Shown: in pieces, positions 37,374 to 47,225 of the stretch
Numbering within the stretch: the stretch's first letter is position 1
Layout of the letters: each line of letters opens with the position of its first letter
NCBI GenBank assembly: GCA_965228735.1
Contig: OZ245838.1
Span: 6,144,001 to 6,208,000, forward strand
DNA from: Planctomycetota bacterium
GTDB taxonomy: Bacteria; Planctomycetota; UBA1135; UBA2386
Direction of reading: 5' to 3'
DNA length: 64,000 nucleotides
Made by a program: the position numbers and the translations under genes
The notes under the pieces: model-generated
Seen by the model: only the letters and a program-made list of their open reading frames with translations
Database searches by the model: none
Told to the model about the DNA's origin: nothing

Positions 37374-38062
37374 CCTCGCCTCGCGATCATCACGAGCGCC
37401 GCCGGGTGCTCGAGGGCGAAGATCTCGCAGGCGGGGAACCCGGCGGCCAGAACCGTGGTCCAGACGTCGGCGCCGAACTCGGTATGCACGCGCTGGTCCT
37501 CGTCGGTCGTGCCGGGTGCACCATGGAACGCAGGCGGCAGGTCCGCGCGCGAACGCGTCAGTCGGCCGACGATCGTCGGCACGGTGAACAGGAGCGTGCC
37601 GTTCGGACGCAGCACCCGACGGCATTCGGCGAGGGCCTGCACGGGATCGGGGATGTGCTCGAGCGTGTCGCTGTGGATCACGAGGTCGTAACTCGCGGAC
37701 TCGATCGCGAGCTCCTGCATGTCGAACTCGGGATATTCGATCCGGCGATGACCCGGACAGCTGCTGAGCGTCGCGGTCAGGCTGTCGGCCGCGTTGATCT
37801 CGAGCAGTCGAACCGGGTTGTCGGCGTGGCAGAACCCGCGCAGGGTCGCGTGGCCGGGCGCGAGCCGCAAGATCGCCGCGGCGAGCGCCATGGCGCGCAG
37901 GTTGTTGCGGCACGTCGTGCAGTGCAGGCCCTGCTGGCGGTTGATGTAGTGGACCTCGTCGGCATTCAGCTCCCAGGCGGTGACGAGCTCGTCGAACAAC
38001 ACGTCTGCTGTGGCAAAGTCGACGCTCCCGCAGACAGGGCACGGACCGGCGAAAGGCGGCAT
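37370..38062 (-). CDS. Class I SAM-dependent methyltransferase with N-terminal CxxC pairs
   Basis: CPVCG...CTTC, DMQEL, YDLVIHSDTLEHI, ECRRVLRPNG. Confidence 0.88.
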   Translation of the reverse strand: MPPFAGPCPVCGSVDFATADVLFDELVTAWELNADEVHYINRQQGLHCTTCRNNLRAMALAAAILRLAPGHATLRGFCHADNPVRLLEINAADSLTATLSSCPGHRRIEYPEFDMQELAIESASYDLVIHSDTLEHIPDPVQALAECRRVLRPNGTLLFTVPTIVGRLTRSRADLPPAFHGAPGTTDEDQRVHTEFGADVWTTVLAAGFPACEIFALEHPAALVMIARRG

Positions 38063-38270
38063 GGCAAGTGGTTGTATCGCAGGCGGCCGGCCAGTTGCTG
38101 TGTGTCTGAAGTTCGGATCAGGAGTCCGCGTTCCTGGGCGTCGTCCGCAAGGCGCGGCGACGCGGGGATATCGGTGGCCGTCGATGGGATGGGGCGAGAA
38201 GGCGCAACGCCGCGGACGGCGTCCAGGGGCGCGGGCTTTCTATGCGAACTTCGGACACAGACCGCTAGAT

Positions 38271-38915
38271 CTAGCGCGCATGGCGCTCGAAGAAGCGCAC
38301 GTCGTCGGCGAGGATCGTCTCCAACTCGCGCCACTCGGCCGATCCGGGCTCGACCCGATCCTGGCTCGGGGGCTTCGGCGTCGCGTTGAGTCGGACGGAG
38401 GCATCGAGCGTCGCGCCGGTCAGGTCGCCGAGCGCGGCGAAGAAGCTGGCCCGCTCGTCGTTGCGGCCGATCAGGTCGAAGCGGTCCATGTCGAACCCGG
38501 CGAAGTAGGTCTCGGAGTAGAGCCGCCGCAGGATCGGCAGGCGCGCGGTTTCGACCAGGGACAGTTCGTGCCGTAGGAAGTGATCGTGCAGCACGTGCTT
38601 GCCGGGCGCCAGGGACCGCCAGAACGCATGGATCGAGATGAGGTTCTCGACCGGGTGTCGGAGCACGGTCGCGACGACCGTGTCCTCGTCGATGCGGAAC
38701 AGGCCGGGGTGGAAATGGCCGTGCACGCACTGACCGGCAGCGAGGCCGAGCTGCCGTCCGAAGTGGCGGTCCGGGTCGAGCTGCCGTTCGGCGAGCGGGT
38801 CCGCGGGATCATGGTCGTAGAGCGTTCGAAATCGATCGCCGTAGGCGCGGCGGAGAGTCTCGAGCGTCGACGTTCCTCCGGCCTTGGGCACGTGGACTGA
38901 TAACAGAGATCGCAC
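38271..38915 (-). CDS. Sulfotransferase family protein
   Basis: PAPS-binding-like motifs SVHVPKAGGTS, HGHF, TVLRHPVENLIS, FDLIG. Confidence 0.85.
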   Translation of the reverse strand: MRSLLSVHVPKAGGTSTLETLRRAYGDRFRTLYDHDPADPLAERQLDPDRHFGRQLGLAAGQCVHGHFHPGLFRIDEDTVVATVLRHPVENLISIHAFWRSLAPGKHVLHDHFLRHELSLVETARLPILRRLYSETYFAGFDMDRFDLIGRNDERASFFAALGDLTGATLDASVRLNATPKPPSQDRVEPGSAEWRELETILADDVRFFERHAR

Positions 38916-39008
38916 GGCTACAGTGTGCCGGTGCGCGCAGGCTCGAAGAAGCGCACGCTGACGGAACCGTGGTTCGCAAGGACTGGCGGGTTGGCCGCGG
39001 TGCGGCGC

Positions 39009-39689
39009 CTACCGGTCCGGCGCGAGCCGGTAGCCGGCGCCGTGCACCGTCAGCAGCAGCTGCGGGTTCTTCGGATCGGCCTCGATCTTCTGGCGCAGCT
39101 GGAAGACGTGCGTGTCGACGGTGCGCGTCGTCGGCGTCGCGTCGTAGCCCCAGACGGCGCGCAGCAGATCGTCGCGCGAGCAGGTCTGCCCGCGGTGCTG
39201 CAGGAGGTGCGCGAGGAGCTCCGCTTCCTTGGGCAACAGTCGGAACTCGGCGTCGCCGCGGCGGCCGCGGTGACCCTGCAGGTCGACCTCGGCGTCGCCG
39301 AGCCGCAGTGACGCCGCGGGCTGATCGGTGCGGCGCTGCACGGCCTGGATGCGGGCATCGAGCTCGTGCACCGAGAACGGCTTCACGACGTAGTCGTCGG
39401 CGCCGAGTTTGAGGCCGAGAACGCGCTGGTCGACCTCGCCGTGCGCGGTGAGCACGATGACCGGTGTCTTGTCGCCGCTCTTGCGCAGCTCGCGCAGCAC
39501 GTCGAGGCCGTCGCCATCGGGCAACCGCAGGTCGAGCAGGACCATGTGGAACCGTTCGCCGGCCAGGGCGCTGCGCGCTGCAGCGACGTCGCCCGCCGCG
39601 TGCACGATCCACTCGCCGCGGCCCTTGAAGTAGTCGACGAGGCTCTCCTGGATGCCGGGGTCGTCCTCGACGACGAGCAGTCGGTTCAT
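39009..39689 (-). CDS. OmpR/PhoB-family response regulator
   Basis: LVVEDD, LLDLRLPDGDG, LTA, GADDYVVKPF, TRTVDTHV, TVHGAGYRL. Confidence 0.96.
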   Translation of the reverse strand: MNRLLVVEDDPGIQESLVDYFKGRGEWIVHAAGDVAAARSALAGERFHMVLLDLRLPDGDGLDVLRELRKSGDKTPVIVLTAHGEVDQRVLGLKLGADDYVVKPFSVHELDARIQAVQRRTDQPAASLRLGDAEVDLQGHRGRRGDAEFRLLPKEAELLAHLLQHRGQTCSRDDLLRAVWGYDATPTTRTVDTHVFQLRQKIEADPKNPQLLLTVHGAGYRLAPDR

Positions 39690-41467
39690 GATGCGGCTCC
39701 GTTGCCGGCTGCCGGGCCGGCGGGCAGTCGCAGCGCGAACACCGCGCCGACCGTGCCTTCGGCTCCCTTGTGATTGCCGTCCTTGACGTCGACCCGGCCA
39801 CCGTGCGCGCGCGCCGCGGCCGCGACGAGCGCGAGGCCCAGGCCGCTGCCCGGGACGCGCGCGGACTCGCGCCGCCGCACGAACGGTTCGAAGATCGCGC
39901 GCCGTTCGGGCGCGGGGATCCCGGGCCCGCTGTCCTCGATCTCGACGACGACGTCCGCACCGTCGGTGAACGCGCGCACCGTGACGGTCGACTCGGGCGG
40001 TGCGTACTTGGCCGCGTTCTCGAGCAGGTTGCGCAGCGCCCGCGTGACGACCTCGATGTCGGCATCGAGCATCGGCAGCGACCGCGGCGCGTCGACGTCG
40101 AGCCGTTGTCCAACGAGCCGCAGTGCGGGTCGCCCCGCGCGCAGGCCGCGCGCGAGCACGGCGCGCGCGGGCACCGTCTCGCGCTGCAGCGGCGCGCCCT
40201 TCTCGAGTCGCCCGAACGCGAGGATGCGATCGACCTGGTCGGTCAGTTTCTGCACCTCGCGGTAGAGCGACTGCAGGTAGTGCGCGCGGCGCGATTCCGG
40301 CACGTCACCCGTCGCGAGCATCTCGGCCTTGAGCGACAGCGACGTGAGCGGCGTGCGCAACTCGTGCGAGACGACGTCGACGAAGTCGCGACGCATGCGC
40401 ACGAGCGCGAGCTCGCGCCGGGTCAGCCGCCACACGATGAGGTTGCCGAAGACCAGCGCGAGCAGCGCGAGGGCGAGGCTGCCGCGCGCCGTCCACGTGA
40501 GCAGCCGGCTGTCGCGGAGTTCGGCGCTTTCGATGACGAAGTTCGCCGGGTCGAGCCCGGGCAGTTCGACGTCGAAGGCAGGGTGTCGCCGGTGCGCGGC
40601 CGCCGCCGCCGTGCGCCGCGCGGTCGCCACCCGCGCCGCTGGCAGCACGACGAGACGATCGCCGTCGAGCGGCACGAGCACGCTGCCGTTCGGCCCTGGG
40701 CCGATCGCCTCGGGGGCCGAGCGCCCGCCGAGCGCGATCGCGGCCTCCGCGTGCGCGCGCACGGCCGCGAGGTTCGGGTCGTCCGCGAGCTCCGGCAGCG
40801 CCTTGACGATGCCGTCCGCCGCGATCGCGACGGTCTCCGCGTCGAGCCGCAGGAGTTGCGCGACCGCGCGGGCACCGAGTTCGTCCCGTTCGGCCGGTGC
40901 CGTCGTCCAGTTCGCCGCGCGCAGGGCGGCGAGCAGCTCGAATGGCAGCGCGAGATCGGTCGCCGTCGCCGCGAATCGTTCGCGAGCGGTGGCGAGCAGC
41001 TCCGTCGCCCGCTCCGGATCCGCGCCCCCGACGAGCTCGCAGTACGACAGCCAGCCTTGCGGCGACAGACGATCGGTCTCGACCGCGAGCTCGAAGAACG
41101 GCAGGGCGCCGGCGTCGTCGCCAGCAGTGAGGCGCGCGCCGGCCGAGGCCTCGGCGAGCCCGACCGCTGAAGGTGCGTCCTCGGACACCGCCGCCGACGT
41201 GTACGTGCCGAACGGGCCGACGGCGCGCAGGTCGGCGTCGAGCGTCAGCGCGCAGCGCTCGGCGACCTCCGCGGCGGCGCGATGGAGTCCGGCCGTCAAC
41301 TCCCGTTCGGCCGTCGCCCGGCACTGCGACCCGGCCGCGGCCTCGTCGGCCTCGGCGCGCGTGATCGCGCCGCCGAACGACAGCCAGGCCCACACCCCGG
41401 CGGGCGCGAGCGGCAGGGCCAGCGCGAGCGCGAACGCGAGGCCGATGCGGGGCGAGCGGGACGTCAC
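39686..41467 (-). CDS. Membrane sensor histidine kinase
   Basis: Two TM segments. SHELRTPL, NLLENAAKY, DSGPG, IFEPF, GSGLGL. ATGA overlap with the regulator. Confidence 0.95.
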   Translation of the reverse strand: MTSRSPRIGLAFALALALPLAPAGVWAWLSFGGAITRAEADEAAAGSQCRATAERELTAGLHRAAAEVAERCALTLDADLRAVGPFGTYTSAAVSEDAPSAVGLAEASAGARLTAGDDAGALPFFELAVETDRLSPQGWLSYCELVGGADPERATELLATARERFAATATDLALPFELLAALRAANWTTAPAERDELGARAVAQLLRLDAETVAIAADGIVKALPELADDPNLAAVRAHAEAAIALGGRSAPEAIGPGPNGSVLVPLDGDRLVVLPAARVATARRTAAAAAHRRHPAFDVELPGLDPANFVIESAELRDSRLLTWTARGSLALALLALVFGNLIVWRLTRRELALVRMRRDFVDVVSHELRTPLTSLSLKAEMLATGDVPESRRAHYLQSLYREVQKLTDQVDRILAFGRLEKGAPLQRETVPARAVLARGLRAGRPALRLVGQRLDVDAPRSLPMLDADIEVVTRALRNLLENAAKYAPPESTVTVRAFTDGADVVVEIEDSGPGIPAPERRAIFEPFVRRRESARVPGSGLGLALVAAAARAHGGRVDVKDGNHKGAEGTVGAVFALRLPAGPAAGNGAAS

Positions 41468-41499
41468 GAGCGCTATCCTAGGAGCGAGTGCACCGGCGA

Positions 41500-41565
41500 C
41501 GTCAGAGGGTTGTCAAACCGGCGGTTGCCGCCGGATCGGCCCGTTCGTTTGACAGCGCCATGACA
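41500..41565. promoter_or_regulatory. Two oppositely oriented OmpR-type tandem boxes (TGACA-N6-TGACA-like)
   Basis: TGACA at 41550 and 41561. CGTCA at 41500 and TGTCA at 41511 (TGACA/TGACG on the minus strand). Both pairs have an 11-bp period. Confidence 0.6.
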
Positions 41566-41597
41566 ACGATTCGGGCCGGAATCCCGTCAATGCTCCC

Positions 41598-44456
41598 ATG
41601 GCAACACCAGTCACCGTGAGTGCGACCCGGATCGCGCTGTCCTGCCTCATCCCGGCGATGGCCACGCTTGCCGGCGCGCTGCCCCAGGGCGCGAGCGCCG
41701 GTGCGACGGTCGCCGGCGCGGCCCTGGCCGAGAACGAGGGTCGCTATGCCGAGGCCGAGCAGCTGCTGCGGCGAGTCGTCGCGAGCGGCGACCACGCGGC
41801 TGCCGCGCGGGCGCGCACGCGCCTCGACGCGCTGCTGCAGCGCCAGGGCAAGGCCGCGGAGATCGTGGCTGCGGCCGCGCCGACGGGTGACTCCGCTGCG
41901 CCGACGACGCAGGGCCCGCCCGCGGACCCGATCACGCGACTGATCCAGAAGCTCGATACCGGCACGAAGGCCAACGTCGAGGTGAAGCAGGCGATCTCGC
42001 AGCTCGACGACCTCGGCTCGCTGATCGTGCCGCACCTGCTCGGCGCGCTCCCGCAGTTCGGGCCGTTCGGCGTCCACAACGCGCTGCAGCTCCTGCGCTA
42101 CGAACGCGACGATCGCATCGCCACCACGCTCGGCGCGATGCTCGACCAGGGCAAGCCCGAGGTCGTCGCGGCGATCACGGGTCAGCTCGGTCGCATGCAC
42201 GCGGCGGTCGCGCTGCCGCTCGCCCAGAAGATCGCGGGCCTCGACCTCGACTCCGGCGCCCTCGGCGCGGCGCTCTCGGTGCTCATCGAACAGGGCGGTC
42301 ACGACGAGCTCGCCCGGAAACTCGCGCAGCGCATGCTCGATTCCGGCGACGAGGCGATGCAGCGCGCGCTGCTCGCGGCGATGTCCGACGGCGATCGGGA
42401 CTGGTTCGGGGCGCTCTACGACGCGCTGCGCGCTTGCGACGGCGCCGACGTCCGCGCCTCCGCGACGTTCCAGCACATCGAAGCCGCCGGCCTCGACGAG
42501 GACGCGGCGCTCGCGGCGATCGCCGGTCTCGAGTCGCGCGACATCGCGTGGCGCATCAGCGCCCTCGGTGAGCGGCATCCCGACTGGGCCCGCGTGGGCG
42601 CGATCGGGTTGCGCGTGACGCCGACGGACGACAAGTGGGACAGCACGCGGCGCAACATCATCGAGAAGTTCGAATGGTGGCGCGCGCCGGAACAGGCGAT
42701 GCCGGAGCTGCTCAAGCTCCCCCTAACGTCCCCGATGCAGAACAACTTCGGCACCAACTCGCCGGAGTGGGCGGCCTACCAGGCCGTCGGCAAGTTCCTC
42801 TCGCGCGCGTCGGGGTCCGACTGGCAACTGCCCGAGGTGTGGGACGAACCCGTGGCCGAGCGCGTCACCCGCCTGAACGGCGACTGGCGCGCGTTCGTTG
42901 GCCTCCTGCCGGAAGACGCCGAGCAGCGGGCTCTGCGCATCTGGCGCGCGGCGCCGGCCGCGCGTGTCGCGTTCGCGACGGCGGCGATCGGCGTCGGGCG
43001 GCCGTGGCACGACCTCGCGTCCGAGGTTCTGCTCGAGTTCGGGCCGAGCCATGGCAGCACGGTCCTGTTCCTGCGCGGCGATTGGACCGGGGCGTCGGAG
43101 ACCGCGGTGGCGCGGTTGCGGACCTTCGTCGAATTGACCGCCAAGCTGCCGTCGAACGCGCCCGCCAACACGGCGAGCGAGATCGTGCGGCTCTACGCCG
43201 ACACGCCGTCGCTGCCCGACGACCTCGTCATGCCGCTCGTCGGGATCGGCCACAACGCGGCCTGGGACGCGGTCTGCCGCCGCGCGCCGCGTGCCGTGCT
43301 CACGTATGCCCGCGACGGCAAGCTCTACGCTCACTACTTCCAGACGATCCGGAGCCTGCTGCTCAGCCACGGCACGACCGAGGATCTGCCGGTGGCGCTG
43401 CGGGTCGTGCGGGAGAGCTACGTTCCCAACCAGGATCAGGCCGGCATGCGGCAGTGGTTCGGGACGCAGGCGCCGGGCCACCTCGACATCGTGCGGCTCG
43501 ACAGCCCGGAGGTTCTGTTGCGCACGCCGTCGCAGGACCTGGCGCACACGTTGGCGGGCGAGGCCGCGACGCGGATTCGCGCCCAGGACATCGAGGCCGC
43601 GCTGAAGTTGCTGCCTGTGGTCAGCGAGTCCACGCGCGGTCGACTCCTGGAAGGCATCGCTCGCGTCGTCGACGGACAGCACGTTGGCGCGTTGCGTGAC
43701 GCGCTTCGGACGGACCTGCAGGGCGAGCCGCTGACGACGAAGGACGGCAACGGCCGGAGTCTCTTGATGCCCAGACTCGTGCAGCTGCTCGCGTCGACCG
43801 GTGGTCGCTCGGCGCTGCCGGAGCTGCGAGCTGTCCTCGAACGCGAGGACCTGGCGGATGACGTCATCCTGGCCGCGGCACGCGGCATCGTTGCAACTGC
43901 GGGCGACAGTCGGGCACGCGAGTTCGCCGCGATGCTCGATTCCGAGCGCGCCGTGATCGTGCAGGCGGCGCTGTACTCGTTCGGCGAGCCCGAAGCGGGT
44001 GACGCGGCGATGGTCGACCGCGCGATCGCGGCGATACGCCGGCACGGCGCGGAGTTGCAGACCACGGGTGCCTTGTTCGTGGCGATGAAACGAGAGGAGT
44101 GCGTGCGGGTCGCCAAGGCGATTCTCGAGAGCAAGGGCATGCGCGAGTTCGGGCGCCGCGTCGTCACCGAGGCGATCGATCAACTCGCGGACAACCGGGA
44201 TCCGGCGCACGTGCCGGCGTTCGCGTTGGCCGCGAGCCACCGCGAGACGAACGTGCGACTCGAGGCCAGCAAGCAGCTCGGCAACTCGTTCGACCGGAGC
44301 GCCGTGCCGCACCTGCTGGAGCTGCTGCGCGACGAGAGTTCGAAGGTGCGCCAGGCGGCCCAGTCGGGTCTCGATCAGATCGCGAACTACCTCGATCAGC
44401 TCAAGATGTGGCAGGATCGCTTCGGCGATCTGCCGGCGACGGGCAAGGGCAAGTAG
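41598..44456 (+). CDS. Large exported alpha-solenoid (TPR/HEAT) protein
   Basis: Signal peptide, TPR-like GRYAEAEQLLRRVV, and C-terminal HEATs NVRLEASKQLG and LLELLRDESSKVRQAA. Confidence 0.85.
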   Translation: MATPVTVSATRIALSCLIPAMATLAGALPQGASAGATVAGAALAENEGRYAEAEQLLRRVVASGDHAAAARARTRLDALLQRQGKAAEIVAAAAPTGDSAAPTTQGPPADPITRLIQKLDTGTKANVEVKQAISQLDDLGSLIVPHLLGALPQFGPFGVHNALQLLRYERDDRIATTLGAMLDQGKPEVVAAITGQLGRMHAAVALPLAQKIAGLDLDSGALGAALSVLIEQGGHDELARKLAQRMLDSGDEAMQRALLAAMSDGDRDWFGALYDALRACDGADVRASATFQHIEAAGLDEDAALAAIAGLESRDIAWRISALGERHPDWARVGAIGLRVTPTDDKWDSTRRNIIEKFEWWRAPEQAMPELLKLPLTSPMQNNFGTNSPEWAAYQAVGKFLSRASGSDWQLPEVWDEPVAERVTRLNGDWRAFVGLLPEDAEQRALRIWRAAPAARVAFATAAIGVGRPWHDLASEVLLEFGPSHGSTVLFLRGDWTGASETAVARLRTFVELTAKLPSNAPANTASEIVRLYADTPSLPDDLVMPLVGIGHNAAWDAVCRRAPRAVLTYARDGKLYAHYFQTIRSLLLSHGTTEDLPVALRVVRESYVPNQDQAGMRQWFGTQAPGHLDIVRLDSPEVLLRTPSQDLAHTLAGEAATRIRAQDIEAALKLLPVVSESTRGRLLEGIARVVDGQHVGALRDALRTDLQGEPLTTKDGNGRSLLMPRLVQLLASTGGRSALPELRAVLEREDLADDVILAAARGIVATAGDSRAREFAAMLDSERAVIVQAALYSFGEPEAGDAAMVDRAIAAIRRHGAELQTTGALFVAMKREECVRVAKAILESKGMREFGRRVVTEAIDQLADNRDPAHVPAFALAASHRETNVRLEASKQLGNSFDRSAVPHLLELLRDESSKVRQAAQSGLDQIANYLDQLKMWQDRFGDLPATGKGK

Positions 44457-44487
44457 TTCGCGCCGGCTGCGTCGCGGCCGCGCGCAC

Positions 44488-44880
44488 TCAGAGCGCGCGG
44501 ATCTCGACGATCGTACCGACCTCGGTCTGGCGCTCGATCACGCCCAGACCGTGGACCTGCAGCACGGTCTCGAAGAACTCGTCGAACTCGCTGCGCGCGC
44601 AGCGCATCTCGCCGACGAGCGAGATCGGCTGCCGGTCGGCGAGCTCGCGCTGGTCGAACGTGTAGGCCTTGTTGGTCACCTGCTGCGCGAGCTTGACGAA
44701 GTCGCCCACCGGCAGCTGGTGGACCCGCAGCCGAACCTCGTCGCCGGCCACGTTCAGCTCGTGCGATGGCTCCGTCGGCGGGGCTGGCTGGGGCGCCGAA
44801 CCGCAGGACTGGCAGAGAATTGCGGCGTACAGGGTGAGCGCGGGGGCCGCGCCCGCGCGGACGGTTCGGTTCGGTTGCAT
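44488..44880 (-). CDS. Small probable lipoprotein resembling a stand-alone secretin (GspD) N0 domain
   Basis: Leader ending AILCQSC and a Pro-rich linker, then VGDFVKLAQQVTNKAYTFD...ISLVG...EFDEFFETVLQVHGLGVIE. Start 44880 or 44886. Confidence 0.7.
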   Translation of the reverse strand: MQPNRTVRAGAAPALTLYAAILCQSCGSAPQPAPPTEPSHELNVAGDEVRLRVHQLPVGDFVKLAQQVTNKAYTFDQRELADRQPISLVGEMRCARSEFDEFFETVLQVHGLGVIERQTEVGTIVEIRAL

Positions 44881-44979
44881 CGGCATTCCGGCGGCTTCGA
44901 CGGCCTGCTTTCGGCGGTATTCCGGCCGGTTCGTGTCCTATCGATCGTCGAATCGCTCCGGATGACGTCCGCTCTGCCC

Positions 44980-47085
44980 ATGCCGCTCAGAACTCACGCC
45001 CTTCTCGTGATCCTCGCCGTCGCCGCGGCCGTTTCGACGCTCGCGGCCCAGTCGGGAACCCCACGCTTCGTCTTCGGTGACGACGCCGTCGTACGCATCC
45101 GCGGCGACCGCATCGACGAGCTGCGCGAACTTTGGCCCGACACGGCCCTCGGCCGGCTCTGGACCGACCCCGCGATCGTGGACCTCGTCGAACGGATCGG
45201 TCGTGACCGCGAGGTGACGCGGGAGCGTGATCGGCTCGCGCTCGCTGAGGCGAGTCGGCTCGGGATCGCGCTCGAGGACTACGAGATCGGCAACCTGTTC
45301 TCCGCCGTGGGGTCCATGGCGATGGCGCCGCCGGTATCGGAGTGGCGGGCCGCCGCGCAGGCGATGGCGTTCGAGCCGGGCTCGCCTGCACCGCACAACG
45401 CGTTCGCCGTCGCCTGCATGCCGCAGTTCGAAGGCCGCTGGACCAAGGAGTTCGAATCGGAGTCCGCCCGGCTGCGGCAAGCGCCGTGGTTCCTGCCGGC
45501 GGCGGAGCAGAAGATCGGCGGCGTTCCGGCGCACGTGTTCGAGAGCGAACTGATCGAACGCTTCGGCGAGGGCGAGCGACGCATGGGCCATTGGCGACTG
45601 CACCTGCCGGGGTGGTTCGTGGCGGGCAGCGGGCGCCCCGAGCTGTTCGGTCAGGTGGACTTCGAGGCGCCGCCGGTCCCGCGGTCCGGGCTGCATCTCG
45701 AGGTCGACGTCGCCCGTTTCGCGGAGCAGGTCGAGCCGCCGGTCGAACTCCAGATGATGGTGCTGCGCGGGCTCGAGCGGCTCACGTGGGACCTCGGGTT
45801 CGTGGGCTCCGACGTGCGTGACGAGTTCGTCGTCGAGCTCGGGCCCGCCGACGAGCGCGCGATTCTGTGGCAGGCGTTGCGGGCCGGAGCAGCGCCGTTG
45901 CCGGAGCAGGCGTTGCCGGATGGTGCGACGCTGCAGCTCCGCGGCAGCCTCGACTGGCCGCACGCGCAGGCGGCGTTGCTCGAACTGGGGAAGGACGAAC
46001 TGCGGTTGCCGGTCGAGCTCACGGATCGACTCGCTGCGGCACTGGACGGCAGCATCGCGCTCGGTGTGGTGGCTCCGCCGGTCGGTGGCCTCGTGCCGCG
46101 GATCTACCTCACGTTGGGGCTCGTGGACCGCGAGGCGTTCCTGGGTGGGATCGTGCCGGCGGTGGCGGCGAAGGTGCCGCTCAAGGCCGTGACGTACGGC
46201 GAGGTCGAGTGTCAGGTCCTGCAGATCCCCGGAGCGCCGCAAGGCGTGCAACCGGCGTTCTGCGTTGTCGGCGACCAGCTGCACATCGCCGAGTCGGCGC
46301 GCAGTCTGCGCACGTTCTTGAAGGCGCAGGCGGACGGCGTCGACGCCATGGCGGTCGGCGAGGCCGCGGTGCCCGCCGGCGTCGGCGAGTTGTTGCCGTT
46401 CGATCTGCGGATCGACGTGGGGCGGCTCTACGAGGCGTATTACGAGACGTGGATGCCGCTGCTCGGCGCGACGATGGCGTTCACCGGGGCTTCTGCGGGC
46501 GACGCGCTCGGTTCGATGCGCGATGCGATGCCGGACCCCGACTTCGTCGCCGAGCTCGCGCGGCCGATGCGCGGGGTGCTGCGCAGTGACGGAGACACGT
46601 TGCGGCTGGTGCAGGTCGGCCCGTTCGGCGGTGTCGCCATGGTGGCGTATCTCGCCGTGATGCCGGTGATGTTCCAGGCCGGCGGTGCTCAGGTCGGTTC
46701 GGGCAGTTTTCTCGCGGAGCCGATCGGGCGCCACAAACTCCGGATCGTCGGGGCGGCGATCGACAAGTTCGAGGCCGAGAACGGCCGTCGGCCGCATGGC
46801 CTCGGCGAGCTCTTCGCGGCCGCGAGGTTGCCGGCCGACGCGCTGCTGCTCCCAGGCGACGAGAACGCGGAGGCGTTCACGTTGGCTGACGGGAAGGTGG
46901 CGAAGACCTCGTTCCGCTACTTCCCTGCCGGCGCGAAGGTCACCGACTTCAGCAACACCGTCGAGGTCGTGCTGCTCCAGATCGAGCCCTTGACCTACGG
47001 CCGCATGGCGCTCGACGCGGCTCTCGAACCCAACGTGATCTACGGCGACGACCGCACGACCCCGATCGACGCGATCGGAAAGTGA
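44980..47085 (+). CDS. Exported hypothetical protein (DUF3352-like body, pseudopilin-like C-terminus)
   Basis: Signal LLVILAVAAAVSTLAA-Q. Late hydrophobic helix, then KLRIVGAAIDKFEAENGRRPHGLGEL...SFRY. Start 44980 or 44962. Confidence 0.8.
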   Translation: MPLRTHALLVILAVAAAVSTLAAQSGTPRFVFGDDAVVRIRGDRIDELRELWPDTALGRLWTDPAIVDLVERIGRDREVTRERDRLALAEASRLGIALEDYEIGNLFSAVGSMAMAPPVSEWRAAAQAMAFEPGSPAPHNAFAVACMPQFEGRWTKEFESESARLRQAPWFLPAAEQKIGGVPAHVFESELIERFGEGERRMGHWRLHLPGWFVAGSGRPELFGQVDFEAPPVPRSGLHLEVDVARFAEQVEPPVELQMMVLRGLERLTWDLGFVGSDVRDEFVVELGPADERAILWQALRAGAAPLPEQALPDGATLQLRGSLDWPHAQAALLELGKDELRLPVELTDRLAAALDGSIALGVVAPPVGGLVPRIYLTLGLVDREAFLGGIVPAVAAKVPLKAVTYGEVECQVLQIPGAPQGVQPAFCVVGDQLHIAESARSLRTFLKAQADGVDAMAVGEAAVPAGVGELLPFDLRIDVGRLYEAYYETWMPLLGATMAFTGASAGDALGSMRDAMPDPDFVAELARPMRGVLRSDGDTLRLVQVGPFGGVAMVAYLAVMPVMFQAGGAQVGSGSFLAEPIGRHKLRIVGAAIDKFEAENGRRPHGLGELFAAARLPADALLLPGDENAEAFTLADGKVAKTSFRYFPAGAKVTDFSNTVEVVLLQIEPLTYGRMALDAALEPNVIYGDDRTTPIDAIGK

Positions 47086-47225
47086 TGGCGGGCACTCCCC
47101 GTACGGAACCAGGTTCATGCTGCCGGCCGCGGGCCAGTTGCCTCGCAGGCGGCGCCTCGGCGGCCGGCAGCATGAACCTGGTTCCGTACGGGTGTACCCG
47201 GTGAAACGGGTTCGGTACCGCCATC
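47084..47225. repeat. Composite palindromic element: 33-bp perfect inverted repeat nested inside REP ends
   Basis: Arms at 47098-47130 and 47160-47192 (CCCGTACGGAACCAGGTTCATGCTGCCGGCCGC). 47203-47225 is identical to 15855-15877. Left end is GATGGCGG. Confidence 0.88.
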
